DNA of 64,000 bases from Eledone cirrhosa (GCA_964016885.1 OZ024742.1:203732001-203796000), one strand, 5' to 3'; numbered from the stretch's first letter, positions 14,601 to 27,215 are shown. Notes: generated from the sequence alone by a model not told the origin. Translations and numbers: made by a program.

Positions 14601-16873
14601 CCACTGTTCCTGTCCCTGTCCTCCACACTACCACTGTCCCTGTCCCCCCACACTACCACAGTCCCTGTCCCCCACACTACCACTGTCCCTGTCCTCCACA
14701 CTACCACTGTCCCTGTCCCCCACACTACCACTGTCCCTGTCCCTCACACTACCACTGTCCCTGTCCCCCACACTACCACAGTCCCTGTTCCCCACACTAC
14801 CACTGTCCCCGTCCTCCACACTACCACTGTTCCTGTCCCCCACACTATCACAGTCCCTGTCCCCCACACTACCACTGTCCCTGTCCTCCACACTACCACT
14901 GTCCCTGTCCCCCCACACTACCACAGTCCCTGTCCCCCACACTACCACTGTCCCTGTCCTCCACACTACCACTGTCCCTGTCCCCCACACTACCACAGTC
15001 CCTGTCCCCCACACTACCACTGTCCCTGTCCCCCACACTACCACTGTCCCTGCCCCTCACACTACCACAGTCCCTGTCCCCCACACTACCACTGTCCCTG
15101 TCCCCCACACTACCACAATCCCTGTCCCCCACACTACCACTGTCCCTGTCCCCCACACTACCACTATCCCTGTCCCCCACACTACCACTGTCCCTGTCCC
15201 CCACACTACCACAGTCCCTGTCCCCCACACTACCACTGTCCCTGTCCTCCACACTACCACTGTCCCTGTCCCCCACACTACCACTGGCCCTATCCCCCAC
15301 ACTACCACTGTCCCTGTCCCACACACTATCACTGTCCCTGTCCCACACACTACCACTGTCCCTGTCCCTGTCCTCCACACTACCACTGTCCCTGTCCCCC
15401 CACACTACCACAGTCCCTGTCCCCCACACTACCACTGTCCCTGTCCTCCACACTACCACTGTCCCTGTCCCCCACACTACCACTGTCCCTGTCCCTCACA
15501 CTACCACTGTCCCTGTCCCCCACACTACCACAGTCCATGTTCCCCACACTACCACTGTCCCTGTCCTCCACACTACCACTGTCCCTGTCCCCCACACTAC
15601 CATTGTCCCTGTCCCCCACAATACCACTGTTCCTGTCCTCCACACTACCACTGTCCCTGTCCTCCACACTACCACTGTCCTGTCCCCCACACTACCACTG
15701 TCCCTGTCCCCCCACACTACCACTGTCCCTGTCCCTCACACTACCACTGTCCCTGTCCCCCACACTACCACTGTCCCTGTCCCCCCACACTACCACTGTC
15801 CCTGTCCCCTACACTACCACTGTCCCTGTCCCCCCACGCCACCACTGTCCCTGTCCCCCCACACTACCACTGTCCCTGTCCCCCCACACTACCACTGTCC
15901 CTGTTCCCCACACTACCACTGTCCCTGTCCCTCACACTACCACAGTCCCTGTCCCTCACACTACCACTGTCCCTGTCCTCCACACTACCACTGTCCCTGT
16001 CCCTCACACTACCACAGTCCCTGTCCCTCACACTACCACTGTCCCTGTCCCCCACACTACCACTGTACCTGTCCCCCACACTACTACTGTCCCTGTCCCC
16101 CACACTACCACTGTCCCTGTCCCCCACACTACCAGTAGTCCCTGTCCCCCATACTACCACTTTCCCTTCCCCCACACTACTACTGTCCCTGTCCCCCACA
16201 CTACTACTGCCCTTGTCCCCCCACACTACCACTGTCCCTGTCCCCCACACTACTACTGTCCCTGTCCTCCCACTACCACTCTCCCTATCCCCCACACTAC
16301 CACTGTCCCTGTCCCCCACACTACCACTGTGCCTGTCCCCTACACTACCACTGTCCCTGTCCCCACACTACCACTGTGCCTCTCCCCTACACTACCACTG
16401 TCCCTATCCCCCACACTACCACTGTCCTTTTCCCCCACACTACCAGTGTCCCTATCCCCCACACTACCACTGTCCCTGTCCCCCACACTACCACTGTCCC
16501 TGTCCCCTACACTACCACAGTCCCTGTCCCCCACACTACCACTGTCCCTGTCCCCCACACTACCAGTGTCCCTGTCCCCCTCACTACCAGTGTCCCTGTC
16601 CCCCACACTACCACTGTCCCTGTCCCCCACACTACCACTGTCCCTGCCCCCCACACTGCCACTGTCCCTGTCCCCCACACTACCACTGTCCCTGTCCCCC
16701 ACACTACCACTGTCCCTGTCCCCCACACTACCACTGTCCCTGTCCCCCACACTACCACTGTCCTTGTCCCCCACACTACCACTGTCCCTGTCCCCCACAC
16801 TACCACTGTCCCTGTCCCCCACGCTACCACTGTCCTTGTCCCCCACACTACCACTGTCCCTGTCCCCCTCACT
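5605..16873. repeat. Giant GC-skewed minisatellite, 24-bp unit CCCACACTACCACTGTCCCTGTCC
   Basis: Direct tandem array of ~11.3 kb. The first ~370 bp use a related 25-27 bp unit (cacccacagtgtcactctccctgtctc). Frequent +/-1-2 bp indels and recurring variant blocks are present. Confidence 0.98.
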
Positions 16874-17009
16874 CCATATATAGGTCTTATACAGTTATTT
16901 CTGTATAAGAATTATTGTTTGTTTTCAATATTGCATCATACCTCCTTGTTCTTGTTACTTGAGAACATGTCCACTTAATTCAATCAAACAATAACTTAAA
17001 GACACTTGC

Positions 17010-17570
17010 ACTCCTGTGTGTGTATATATATGTGACCATTCTTCTCTCCCCTTCTACCTCCCTATTTCGCCACTTTCTACTCTCACCCCTCTTTCTTCCC
17101 CTCCCTTTCTCCCTATCTACTCTCACCCCACTTTCTTCCTCTCCCTTTCTCCCTCTCACTTTCACCCCCTCGTCTGGTCGTTTAGCAGTTCTCTTCTCAC
17201 TTAAAACTGCGGCGATCGGACGTGTGTTGTTCCTCTCGACCACTCAGTCTTGAACTTAAGTTCTCTTATCGAGTGGTCTTAGATTTCCTACCTATAGTTG
17301 CTCGCACATTGCTCGGTTTCTTTGTTACTGTTTCTCTTTTCTTTCCCTTTGCTTTCCTTCCCTCCTTCCTTCGTTTTCCTAATAACTTATCCAGTTATTG
17401 ACGCCCTGGGGTGAGGTATCTTGTCTTTAAAGCGTAGAAATATCCGAGCCCCCCAGTAGACAACTGATGATGAAAACTCCCCCGCCCCCTCTGTTCTTGT
17501 TTTCTTCGTATTCCCACTGCATTTTAAGTTACCTTAAATAGCAACTACACAGCCATTTCTATTTTCCATA
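17010..17570 (+). mobile_element. Putative PLE terminal repeat (pLTR) fragment, same family as 26491-27280
   Basis: Shares ataactt..attgacgc..ttgtctttaa..gcgt.gaaat..ccag.agacaactga and the upstream CT-rich/cggcg segment with 26491-26900. It ends in (TA)n. Confidence 0.6.
17400..17472 (+). ncRNA. Non-circularly permuted hammerhead ribozyme candidate
   Basis: Strand order is GGUAU-C-UUGUCU (17415-17426), then GAAA-UAUC (17437-17444), then AGACAA-CUGAUGA (17458-17470). Extra helices are CUGGGG/CCCCAG and ACGC/GCGU. Confidence 0.7.
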
Positions 17571-17611
17571 TATATATATATGACAAGTTTTGAAACAGCG
17601 GGCGAGTTTGA

Positions 17612-17763
17612 AAGTAGAAATAGAAGCTTTCGCCATATTTCTTACTAAAGAATTTTTAGCCTGATAGTGGAGTTTAGAACCCTCTAAGAAGTGGAAAAAG
17701 ATGAGTATTGACGTACATGTACGTCAATACTCATCTTTTTCCATTTCTTACGGCGAAAGTTTC

Positions 17764-17770
<7 letters not shown>
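17612..17770. repeat. Palindromic insertion between TA tracts
   Basis: ~33-bp arms are centred on gtacatgtac (~17717), with outer arms aaatagaagctttcgcc / ggcgaaagtttctattt. Confidence 0.75.
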
Positions 17771-17811
<41 letters not shown>

Positions 17812-18717
17812 GCACACAGAGTGAGATAAGTGTGTATATACGCACACAGAGAGAGATGAGTGTGTGAGAGCATATATATATATATATATTTCTGCTGGAT
17901 ACCACCAGAGGTCGTTAGCCCCGGTGTTTTTGGCATAGCTACGGCTTTCTAAATGTTTACCTGTAAACATACCGTATTTCTATAATACGAAATCTTTATA
18001 CATATCTGTATACAGCTATGCCTGAATCTAAATCCTAATTATTTACTATTTTGTATTGTCTCAATTGTTGACGTAATCAGGGCTCAATCATTTTCATTTC
18101 AGAGAACGAAAGAGAAGCAGAGAGGGGGGGGGGGAGAATACACACACTTAAACGAATGGATTCTACCCATAGATCGATACACTAAATGGTGATAATGTTT
18201 ATGTTTTATGATAGTTCAGAAAACAGAAGCTGACGATAAAGGAAAACAAGCTGAATCATGGTAAATCTGACCGTCTGCCTTGGGCGTTCGTCAAAAGCTT
18301 AACTCCGCAGGCTTGAAATTGAAGTGATAATCAGAATAAAAAGGGTAGATTTCAAAGAGAAATACTAATGGAAGCAAATTAAATTAATACAATTGACTAG
18401 AAACAGTTTCATTGTCATATCTCAATCATTTTATTTGTCCCTTTTTATATATTATATTTTTAAATATGAAAGAGTAAACTATATGAAGCAAGAATATCTG
18501 TAGGTTATGTTTTATTTAATATTCATTGTTGTTTTCTATGTGAAACAGTTAATTTATTTGTCTTCTGTATTTGACTATAGTAATGCTTGTGGTGTTTTTA
18601 TTCCTTCGAGCTGTGTGCGTAATTGTGTATGTGTGTGTGTGTGAGCGCGCTGGCACGTGTGTATACGCCTTGCCTCTAAAGTATAAAAGTACAAAAGAAA
18701 TTATAAAAAAATAATAG

Positions 18718-18895
18718 TTATCTTTAGTATTTTACTTGTTTCAGTCATTAGCTTGCGACCATACTACAGCAATGCCTTGAAGGGATTTAGTGATCATATC
18801 GTCCCTAACAGTTATTTTTTCATGTCTGGTATTTTATCGATCTCATTTAGTCAAAGGCTGACACAGGAACACACCTACTTCTACACACACACACA
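18718..18895 (-). mobile_element. Old SINE-like repeat (octopod-type)
   Basis: tttacttgtttcagtcatt..gcgaccatact..agca..gccttgaagg was recognised from memory as a frequent cephalopod repeat end. It is diverged. Confidence 0.5.
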
Positions 18896-19044
18896 CTAAT
18901 ATATATATATATGTGTGTGTGAGACAGAGAGAGAAAGTGTGTGTGTGTGTATAAGTTTACTTATATATATATATTTACAGGACCCCGACGGTAGAGCTCC
19001 AGCCATTTCGACAGCTAGATCCAAACTGATATATATATATATAT

Positions 19045-19215
19045 ATGACGGGCATCCGCTCAGTTTCCGCCTACCAAGTTTCACTCACGAAACATTATTC
19101 AACTTGAGGCTATATTACAAGATACTTGTCCAAAGTATCACACAGTAGGACTGAACCCGAAATCACAAGGTTGCGATGCCAACTCCTTAACCATACAGTT
19201 ATGATAGCACCTATA
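19045..19215 (-). mobile_element. tRNA-derived SINE family B (CORE-like)
   Basis: The reverse complement has ctgtatggttaaggag (A box), gggttcagtcc (B box), tttggacaagt (core-like) and gtgagtgaaacttggtaggcggaaactga. It is homologous to 54025-54195. Confidence 0.75.
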
Positions 19216-19649
19216 GTTACTCACCTAAAATAATGTAGTAATAAGTAATTGTAATTCATGTAGTTATCTGTAATGATATTTATTTAAATATAATCTCTTC
19301 ATTAACCGACACAATCCATTTCATGTCAGTTTCTGTTGAAATTTCGACTGCCCTCATTCCTCAGATTGTTCTTCTCCCCGGCCAAATGGATCACGACTGA
19401 GGAAGGAGTCCCCTTATGTGGCATGGCAGATGCAGTAAGTATTACAGGTTGTTTTATGTGGCATAGATTTTGTTATTCCGTTTCTGGAGCATAGTTGAGA
19501 TATGTTCTTCAAATGAGATCGTACTGGTTTTGTGCCAAAATTAGAACCTCTTCAAAACATTGGCAACTATCGCAATGAATTCTACCTTTTGGTAACTGTG
19601 CGAATCACCAGGAAAGAAATTACTGTTTTGTGTCTAAATTAGAAGCCAT

Positions 19650-20725
19650 TCTTCTTCTTCTTCTTCTTCTTCTTCTTCTTCTTCTTCTTCTTCTTCTTCT
19701 TCTTCTTGGCACTGGCAGGATCGTGGGGAGGGACAGAATCTTCAGTCGCGCTTTCCAGAGAGTCCTATCTGAAGCAACCGACTACAATTGATCTAGTTAG
19801 ATCCCAAATGGGACGTACCGAACTAATGGATATTATCCAGCCATCTTGTTTTGGATCGACTTCTGGGTCTCCTGCCCGTTAGCTTTGCCCGTAAAATGTG
19901 TCCAGCGACTAAGGGCGAAAATTAACCTCTCGGAAGCTCAGGTCACCAGAGCAATTAAAGTGGTCAAATGTGGCAAGGCCTCCCGGGAGGATGTAATTCG
20001 GCTCGAAATGTTAAAAGTCTTAAATATAGAAGATATTCTCTGGTTGATTCGGGTGGCTAGAATCTCCCATAAAAGTGCCAAAGCGATGACAAACGGGAGT
20101 CAGTATCCCAACTTTCACGAAAGGAAACAAGAAATATTTCTCTAACTATAGAAGAATTTCCTTCTTAATAATCCCCCGTGTAATCTATGCTGTGTTTGGC
20201 AAAGAGATGTGGATATTGTCGAGTCGAAGCTAGTTGACGAACAGTGTGGTTTTCACCCCAAATCTAACACAGTTCACCAAATATTCATTCTTCAGTAGGT
20301 GTTTGAGAAATCGTGGAAGTATTGCCCTGAGATGAATTCTTTTTTCGTAAACCTTGAAAAGCATACGACCGCGTTCCACTGGAGATGTTATGGAAGGTTC
20401 TGCAAAAGTATAGGATCAATGGACAGCTTTTTGTTGCCCTGAAGTCTCTATACGGATAAATGGTGGCAAGTCGAAACCATTTAATGTGGGTATCGAAATC
20501 CGCCAGTAATGTGTAATGTCACCTCTCCTGTTCATAATCTTTATGAACAGAATTGACATGGTCAGCCATGCTGGAATTGATATCAAAACCGGTGGATGTA
20601 ATATCAGTCGGCTGGAGTTTGCAGACGACACGGTACTATTTAATTTATCGGAAGATGATCTCTGACATGCACAGCATAGATTCTCTGCCGAGAGCTGCAA
20701 GGTTGAAAATCAATGAGGCGAAGAA
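19650..20725. mobile_element. Degraded RTE-type LINE with 5' inversion
   Basis: A minus-strand C-terminus with a (GAA)n tail (19650-19895) is joined to a plus-strand RT fragment (19905-20725: CGKASREDVIRLEMLK, EQCGF, FEKSW, SPLLFIIFM, EFADD). Confidence 0.75.
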
Positions 20726-21408
20726 GGAGCCACGCTTGTTCAAAATAACTACTGAATTCCTTCGAATCATAACCTACAACCTTCAAACGTAAGGACATCG
20801 CGAATAAGTTATTCTAGGTGGGACTCTCGCGACTGGAATGCCTTTGATTGCAATGACTTCGCAGGCAGGAATATCCTGGGGGTGAACAAAAACGACAGCT
20901 AAATTATGTTACGATAACTCTCCATGTTTGGTTTGTGCAGCAGCAGCAACAACAACAACAGCAGCACTTAGCAGCACGACATCAGCCATGTTTGTTGAAT
21001 ACTGTTCATAAAGTTTACGAAGATCTCATTCAAATTCAGTAGATATCAATCTAAGGGAAAATAATATTGATTCATTATGTCGAGTTCTAAAGAAAGTGTA
21101 AGTGAGAAGCACAAAATATCTGCAAGTTTCATTTCTAAAATTGAATGCTTGAACAAAACACTAGAATCGACTAGACAGAAGGCCGATGGTCTGATGGACG
21201 TTCATCGGCAGGAAATATTTCTGCATAGAAATTGGAGTTAACCATTTGTATTGTCATGATGCGAGGAACCTGAGATATGTCCTATAAAAATAGGTAGGTT
21301 GATAATTGTCCCAGGCAAACTTAACATGATATGTCATGGACCTCCAGGTGTCTGTAGACCAAATGTGGGGAACAGCGCGTATATGTATGTGTGTGTGGGT
21401 GTCTATAT

Positions 21409-21478
<70 letters not shown>

Positions 21479-22198
21479 GATGGCCATCCGTTCAGTTTCC
21501 GCTTACAAAATTTCAAACAGATTGGAACAGCCAAAATTAAAAAATACACATTGTATTCTTAACTATTCCTACACTACTAGCACCAACACCACAACAACAT
21601 CCACCAATACCACCACTAACGCCTTATGGGTGAATGAAAGGGCAACAGTACGATGCTGTGTCGATGTAGTTAAGTATCAAATTAAAAATATCAAGGAAAG
21701 CAATACCATAGACAGACGAAAATACGCAGACAGCCGATAATCGAATTTGTCATGTTAATGTTCTTCTTCTCTTTCTCCTTCCCATATCTCTATTACAGAG
21801 TTATGTGACCTTGTCTTTTCCAAGACATACATATGACCATAAGCAACACCAATGTAGTTTATGTTATAATATAGAAATATATATATAAAGAAACAACAAC
21901 ATTGTATTATATGTTATAATATAGAAATGTTTTATTTTAATGGCGCACACGCCTGAATACACTCATAGTTGTGCACTTAACGTGCGATACAAAAGGTTGA
22001 ACTTGTCTCAAATACGCACGCAGAACCCCCCATACACACACATGCTAACACACTGAGGATGGCTACCTCCTGCTTTCCATACGTAGTAAAAAAATATTTT
22101 ACAATGAATTTCTCAAATCTTTCTCGACCTTCCTTTGATATGTATGAATGTATATCTATCTCATTGTCTTCCGCTCCCCTGATCTTCCTCTCTCCTAC

Positions 22199-22312
<114 letters not shown>

Positions 22313-22424
22313 GTATATGTGTATATATATATATGTGTGTGTATATATGCATGCATATTCTGAATATACTGAATATACGTATTTTTATATGTATATACAT
22401 ATACATATATATATCTTTATATAA

Positions 22425-22460
<36 letters not shown>

Positions 22461-22873
22461 TCACAGAGAAGTATATGATAACTAGCTAGATAGATAGATG
22501 CATAGATAGATATAATTATAAACCTAAAACCACATCTGATATGTTCGCTTAAAAGCTGTAATGTTAAATATAAATACGATTATTAAGATTATTGCTACAA
22601 CATTATTTGTAAAAGGCCATTTAACCGCCTAGTTGCATGTTTTCTTTTTTATTTGGTATTTCTTTTCAATAAAGTGTCTTTAATACGAAATTGTGCGCAA
22701 TGCAGTCAGAGAGTATTTCTCAGAAAAAAGTGTAATGGTTGGCTAAGTTGTTATAATGTATGTTATATTTATAGCATACTATATGGCTGGTTTCGTCTCC
22801 TCATATTATGTCGTATGTACCTCAACAACACACAATCTGGATAGTGTATTATTGATTTATTCTATAAAAGCCA

Positions 22874-22941
<68 letters not shown>

Positions 22942-23861
22942 ATGGAAGGATGTAGCAATGTCTACCAAACATAACGTATCTAGATCCTCCTGTGACCAGA
23001 CTACATGTGTGGGAAGATTTTATCTTAGTATGACAAGCATACGAAGCACTCACTAAATAATGTGTGTTCCAGCTGACGACACATGTCATCGATTACCATG
23101 GAGTATAGTGCTAGTGAATGTTAAGTATCCCAATAACATATTGACTGAAGAGAAATCCTTTTCGAAACGTAATGGCATTAAGGATATTAGATACCATATG
23201 TACAGAGATATCGTATCATATGATATATTATATGATATGATATAATATCGTATATGATATGAGGATAAGATGTCTGATCCTTCAACTGTGATACGAGTGA
23301 ACATTTATGAAATATAGTTTTTTATCATCGACTAAAACAGTTAACTCTGTATTCTTGAAGTCAATTTGAACTTGGATTTTTGTTGCTCCGAAAATGGCAG
23401 GTGACATCAAAAAGCATTTCAATTTATACTTTCCGTATATACATCAGTATATTTAGTTTAACAGTGATGGAATTGAACATTGTAAACGTGACATGGTTGT
23501 CAACAACGCAACCTTAGTCATAATTTTATTACTATTCATTCAGAGTAGAAACAAACATTTATGAACCGATGTAACCTAATTTTTATTTTTGTGTTTTAAC
23601 GGTAAAATTATTTCTTAAGACTTCTGTGTTTTCATGTAATGAAACTTCTGTGAAGTTCCACACTGTATGTCTTTCATGATTTTTCTTTCAACCGTTTATT
23701 ATCAAACTTGCATATCTGAAAATACAAAGGCGCCTACAACGCATGTCTACAATTATACAGAACTGGTCCTTTCTGAATTTGGGCGTTTATTACAAATGTT
23801 TGTAATTTGAAACAGAAATATGATTAGAGTTGAAAATCTCTCTAAACACTAGAAGCTCTCT

Positions 23862-24066
23862 AAGTCCAGCTTATTCCGGTTATATCTGACGTCAAGCGAT
23901 TGAGAATATAAGGCATCCCATGGATAGGATACCAGACCGTTGAGGGTTTAATTTCCAGTTGTAGTACTTGTAGTACTTATTTTCAGCAGAGTGGACTGGA
24001 TCAACTTGAAATGAAATGTCTTCCTCAAAAACATAGCACACCAACCGGTCATGAACCTACGACCTT
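23862..24066 (-). mobile_element. Old CORE/Meta-like SINE remnant
   Basis: gcttattccggtt...ggataggataccag...tgaaatgtcttcctcaaaaacata...gaacc resembles the antisense of metazoan CORE/Meta SINEs. A similar remnant lies near 52790-53010. Confidence 0.45.
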
Positions 24067-24093
24067 ACGACACACAAACACACACACACACAC

Positions 24094-24161
<68 letters not shown>

Positions 24162-24428
24162 TAATAATTGTTTCATTAGTCCAGAGTGTCCAAAAATCGC
24201 TGTTAGCAAGATGCTACGTCACTTATTTTATCATCTCTTCATACCAATTTTCTTATTTTATTCCATGTTGTTATCATTATTATTATTACTATATTTTACG
24301 CCTGTACCCTAGTATCCTCTTTATCCCTACACCTCCCTATTATTATTATTATCAGTATTATTGCTTTTATTCTTGTTATTTTTCCATCTATCTATAAATA
24401 CTAGCGCACTGTATCGTGTACACAGGTC

Positions 24429-24539
24429 AGTATTCTGATGATTTGGTCGGATATCAACTGTAATTAAATTCAAGTGGCGTAGCATCTTGTGGACAGCGAT
24501 TTTTAGCCACACCGGACTAATGAAACAATTGTTAATACT
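24429..24539 (+). ncRNA. Type I hammerhead ribozyme with extended stem II
   Basis: Stem I AGUAUU/AAUACU; CUGAUGA; stem II UUGGUC-GG/CCGGACUAA with ~60 nt insert; GAAA; palindromic stem III ACAAUUGU; GUU cleavage site. Confidence 0.8.
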
Positions 24540-25263
24540 TTAAATAAACCCTAATGTACAGCCGACCATGTTATTCTTCACTCTTTTGCTATTATTACTC
24601 CAAGAACCACTTACCTAGGAACTTTCTTAAACCAACCACCCGGCTAAGAAAACTTCTTGTTGAGTCAAACAATCCTCGATACAGAGTACTCATAACCTCT
24701 AATTGGATTACCTTAAAACATATCTCATTAACTATTTAGTTATAATGAATTTATTGTCTTTATATCTGAAAATAGGGGGCAGATAATAAGAGATTGTAAT
24801 AGGAGGATGAAAGTAGAGTTCAAAATAAAAGCTGTCCAGATATGTAATATTAAGGAACACTTTATATATCAATTAGGAAAATGAAGGCACCTGATATGAT
24901 ACTATACATAATAATTGTTTCTACGTTAGGCACAAGGCCAGCAAATACCCAGTGTATTACTGGTACTTTATTTTATCGACCCCGTAAGGATGAAAGGCAA
25001 AGTTAACCTCGGCGGGATTTGAACTCAGAATGGCAATAATAATGAATTATGTTGTATGTCATATGAATTTTATGAAAGACATCTGATAATATATGTTTGT
25101 TAAGGCATTTCAGTATAAATAGTAACAAAATTCAGTTGAAAATTTCGTGAGGATGGGACACCTCATGTGATTTTTAAAGTTATGTAATGTGTCACAAATA
25201 CCTACACTTTACGTAACTTGAGTCAAATACAAAATACAAAACTCCTGCCTGTGCACCTCCCTC

Positions 25264-25427
<164 letters not shown>

Positions 25428-25437
25428 CATATATATT

Positions 25438-25825
25438 CTAAGGCGGGTAAAATTCCCGAGATCCATGGACGAGTTCTCTCCAGCGGTCTCTGTCCCTCAT
25501 TATCGCTGCCATGTCCTGCGTCTCCAATAGACCAGTGTCTGCCCTTAGGGCATCAACATACGTTAACCTTGGTCTTCCTCTTCTAGTGTGTCCATGTAGG
25601 GGCTCCCAAAAAAGCACTGAGTGCAATGTCAACTCTGGATGTCGGTGAGCATGTCCAGCTAACCTCAGTCTCCTCTGTGTCACTTTTGAGCTGTATGGGT
25701 CTGAGACTTGGACACTGACCAAGAAACTCACTCAGATGGTGGATGGGTGCTACACGAGAATGCTGAGGATGGCTCTGAACATTAATCAGTATACACTGAG
25801 GATGAAAAACTCAGAGCTGTATGGG

Positions 25826-25830
<5 letters not shown>
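25438..25830. mobile_element. RTE-type LINE 3' end with 5' inversion, in (TA)n
   Basis: The minus arm 25438-25693 encodes SKVTQRRLRLAGH...GRPRLTYVD...FYPP*. The plus arm 25691-25830 encodes the upstream LYGSETWTLTK...RMLRMAL. Confidence 0.85.
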
Positions 25831-25859
<29 letters not shown>

Positions 25860-25866
<7 letters not shown>

Positions 25867-26113
25867 AAAAAGGGATGAAATCGAAAATGCAACTGAAGTC
25901 TTATTTTTTTTTTAAATATATATATTTGGTTCCTTTACCGGTTTCGCAGTTCTTCTGCTTTTCAAAAGGTGAGTTGAGATGGAGGGTCTGTGGTTTTTCT
26001 CACATCTGAGAAAATAAGACTTCAGTTGCATTTTCGATTTCATCCCTTTTTCTTTATACTTCCACTCGTGTAGGACACCTCGGTTATTTTTCATTTTGTA
26101 AAAAAAACCTCAC

Positions 26114-26120
<7 letters not shown>
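25860..26120. mobile_element. Short inverted PLE-terminal insertion in (TA)n
   Basis: ~47-bp inverted arms at 25861-25908 and 26011-26058. The plus arm has a 60-bp tail and the minus arm carries an HHR. Confidence 0.7.
25932..25969 (-). ncRNA. Minimal type I hammerhead, U3-A8 core variant
   Basis: CCUU-UUGAAAA-GCAG aagaa CUGC-GAAA-CCGG-UA-AAGG. All three stems are intact, with palindromic stem III ACCGGU. Confidence 0.75.
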
Positions 26121-26182
<62 letters not shown>

Positions 26183-26519
26183 CATAATACGTGTTTAAAA
26201 GAATATAGAGTAAGTTAGTACAAAGGTTGAATAAAATATATATAATACAATATAGTTTGTTAAAGGTAATACATTGCACATTTAAGTTTCATGCCAAGCA
26301 AAATGCTAAGCAATCATCAGGTAATAAACATAAACCTTCTACAAAAATATCCACGCAACGAATTTTCCGGTATTATATTCTGGGTTAAAATCTTTGTAAG
26401 ACCATCAAATATTTGAGACATATCGATATCATTTGAGACATATCGATATCATTCCTTGCTTAGTTAAAATGATTTTATATATATATATATAAGGAAAGCA
26501 CAAACGGGGAACAATCCCT

Positions 26520-26590
26520 TCCTCAGTTGTCTGCTGGAGATCAAGGACATTTCAACGCATTAAAGACAATATGTCTAACTCCAGTGCGTC
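26520..26590 (-). ncRNA. Non-circularly permuted hammerhead ribozyme candidate (intact copy)
   Basis: GACGCA-CUGGAG-uua-GACAU-A-UUGUCU-uuaa-UGCGUU-GAAA-UGUC-cuugau-CUCCAG-c-AGACAA-CUGAGGA. Confidence 0.72.
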
Positions 26591-27144
26591 AATATCTTGT
26601 GGAAGTTATTGAGGAGAGAAAGAAAAAAATAAACAGAAGGGAAAAAAGGAAAAGAAGGAAAAAGTGCCGAGAACATACCGAAAGGAAGGGGGAACGAGGA
26701 GGGCACATGTATGTATGTAAGTAACCGGAGGATAGAGAGAGAGAAGTCAAAACTGCTATTGAACATAAGTCTGAGGCTTTTATTGACAACGAGATAGGGA
26801 GAGTGAAGAAAACACGTCTAACCTCGGCGGGTGTAGGCGAAAAGAGGCAGAGAGAAGAGAAGACGGAAGTAGTAGGGGAGCAAAGAGAAAAAGAGTAAAA
26901 GTGAGAGGGAGATGGGGAGAGAGAGGGAGATGGGGCGAGAGAGACAGAGAGAGAGAGAGAGAGAGAAAGGGAGAAAAGGAAAGAAAGAAAAAGAATCTCC
27001 CGGTTACTTACATACATACATGTGCTCTCCTCGTGTTCCCCCCTTTTCGGTATGTTCTGAGTTTTTTTTTTCTTTTTTTTTTCCCCCTTCTGTTTAATTT
27101 TTTCTTTCTCTCCTTTTTTTTCCAAATAACTTCCACAAGATATT

Positions 27145-27215
27145 GACGCACTGGAATTAGACATATTCTATTTAATGCGTTCAAATGTCTGTGATCTCCA
27201 ACAGACAACTGAAGA
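27145..27215 (+). ncRNA. Decayed copy of the permuted hammerhead
   Basis: Same layout as 26520-26590, but GAAA is changed to CAAA and stem I is mutated. Confidence 0.5.

Noticed and set aside
5605-16873. CRISPR array
   Set aside because: The units are contiguous with no unique spacers, there are no cas genes, and the context is eukaryotic.
5544-16978. Long ORFs (up to 967 aa) with PTLPLSLS / PHYHCPCP / GDRDSGSV repeats as mucin-like or metal-binding genes
   Set aside because: They follow from a 24-bp unit that lacks stops in most frames. Frequent non-triplet indels switch the peptide type within each ORF, so no frame is preserved.
26270-26330. Further HHR-like cores here and at 23140-23176, 27975-28050 and 29215-29314
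   Set aside because: CUGANGA/GAAA-like cores are visible, but stem I, stem III or core bases are broken. They are probably decayed relics and are not listed as features.
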